Below, piece after piece: positions 31,701 to 32,000 of a stretch of 32,000 nt of DNA (positions are counted from its first letter, which is position 1; the number at the start of each line of letters is the position of its first letter). The DNA comes from Wallemia ichthyophaga EXF-994. Its lineage: Eukaryota > Fungi > Basidiomycota. Location of the stretch: contig NW_008806285.1 of NCBI RefSeq assembly GCF_000400465.1, positions 240,001 through 272,000 of the forward strand. The letters are read 5' to 3'. The notes beneath the pieces are model-generated. The model was not told where the DNA came from, ran no database searches, and saw nothing but the letters and a program-made list of their open reading frames with translations. The translations under genes were made by a program, and so were the position numbers.

Positions 31701-32000
31701 CTGATTGATTGTTGTTAGGAATAGGTTGCTGGATGGCTGAAAAGGTTAGAAATGCAAGTAAGAGACATTAATTCTCACCTTGACCAGTGCTAATTCTTCT
31801 ACCATGACCACTTTGAGCACTTTGTGGAGACATCTTGTTAACAGTGTTGGATGGGGGGAAGGAAAAGTCATTAAGGTCTTTAGTAACTTTTGAGACATTG
31901 ACAGAATGACGTCTTCCATGACCTTTTGGGGGAATGTTTTTCATTTGTGGAGAGCCTTGTGGGTTGTAGAGGTTTGGTGAGTGAGGGGAGTACTGAGTGA
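28739..32000 (-). CDS. RNase II/RNB-family Dis3L2/Ssd1(Sts5)-like protein, 5' end outside the window
   Basis: [102 protein letters not shown]; introns 31778-31737 and 28854-28811; ends IIVTADFSASPPILKCYCGNPFA*. Confidence 0.93.

Noticed and set aside
1-32000. Mobile elements, CRISPR arrays, riboswitches, frameshift/readthrough signals, non-canonical (U12, GC-AG) introns
   Set aside because: None seen. All reconstructed introns are GT-AG and restore reading frames without recoding, and there are no repeat-spacer arrays or transposase/RT motifs.

Overview
Eukaryotic (fungal) genomic DNA from a very gene-dense basidiomycete. Introns are mostly 40-60 nt (GT..branch CTRAC..YAG) and intergenic spacers are often under 100 bp; a Wallemia-like organism is my inference from that architecture, not something proven here. 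I reconstructed 20 protein-coding genes by hand-splicing: kinesin-1, SERF/4F5, an orphan ~1200-aa type-I membrane protein, NoxD/Pro41 (p22phox-like), a claudin-like 4-TM protein, TPT1, mitochondrial bL12, a class-III aminotransferase, BCK1 MAPKKK, SEN2, PTH2, RPL43, RPP0, TIP41, CSN4, a PIN-domain protein, a Tom6-like protein, EF1-beta, TSC10 and a 5'-truncated Dis3L2/Ssd1. SERF and NoxD are essentially invisible in the ORF track because of micro-exons. The only two long introns (182 and 186 nt) each hold a box C/D snoRNA. One is U18 in EF1-beta, carrying an unexpected second guide against the 25S A-loop region. The other, in RPP0, has a U21-like guide whose D box is shifted 2 nt, predicting a different methylated nucleotide. 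Several head-to-head gene pairs have start codons only 23-97 bp apart. No mobile elements, CRISPR arrays, tRNA or rRNA genes were found. All rRNA/reference sequences and numbering are quoted from memory, not from a search.
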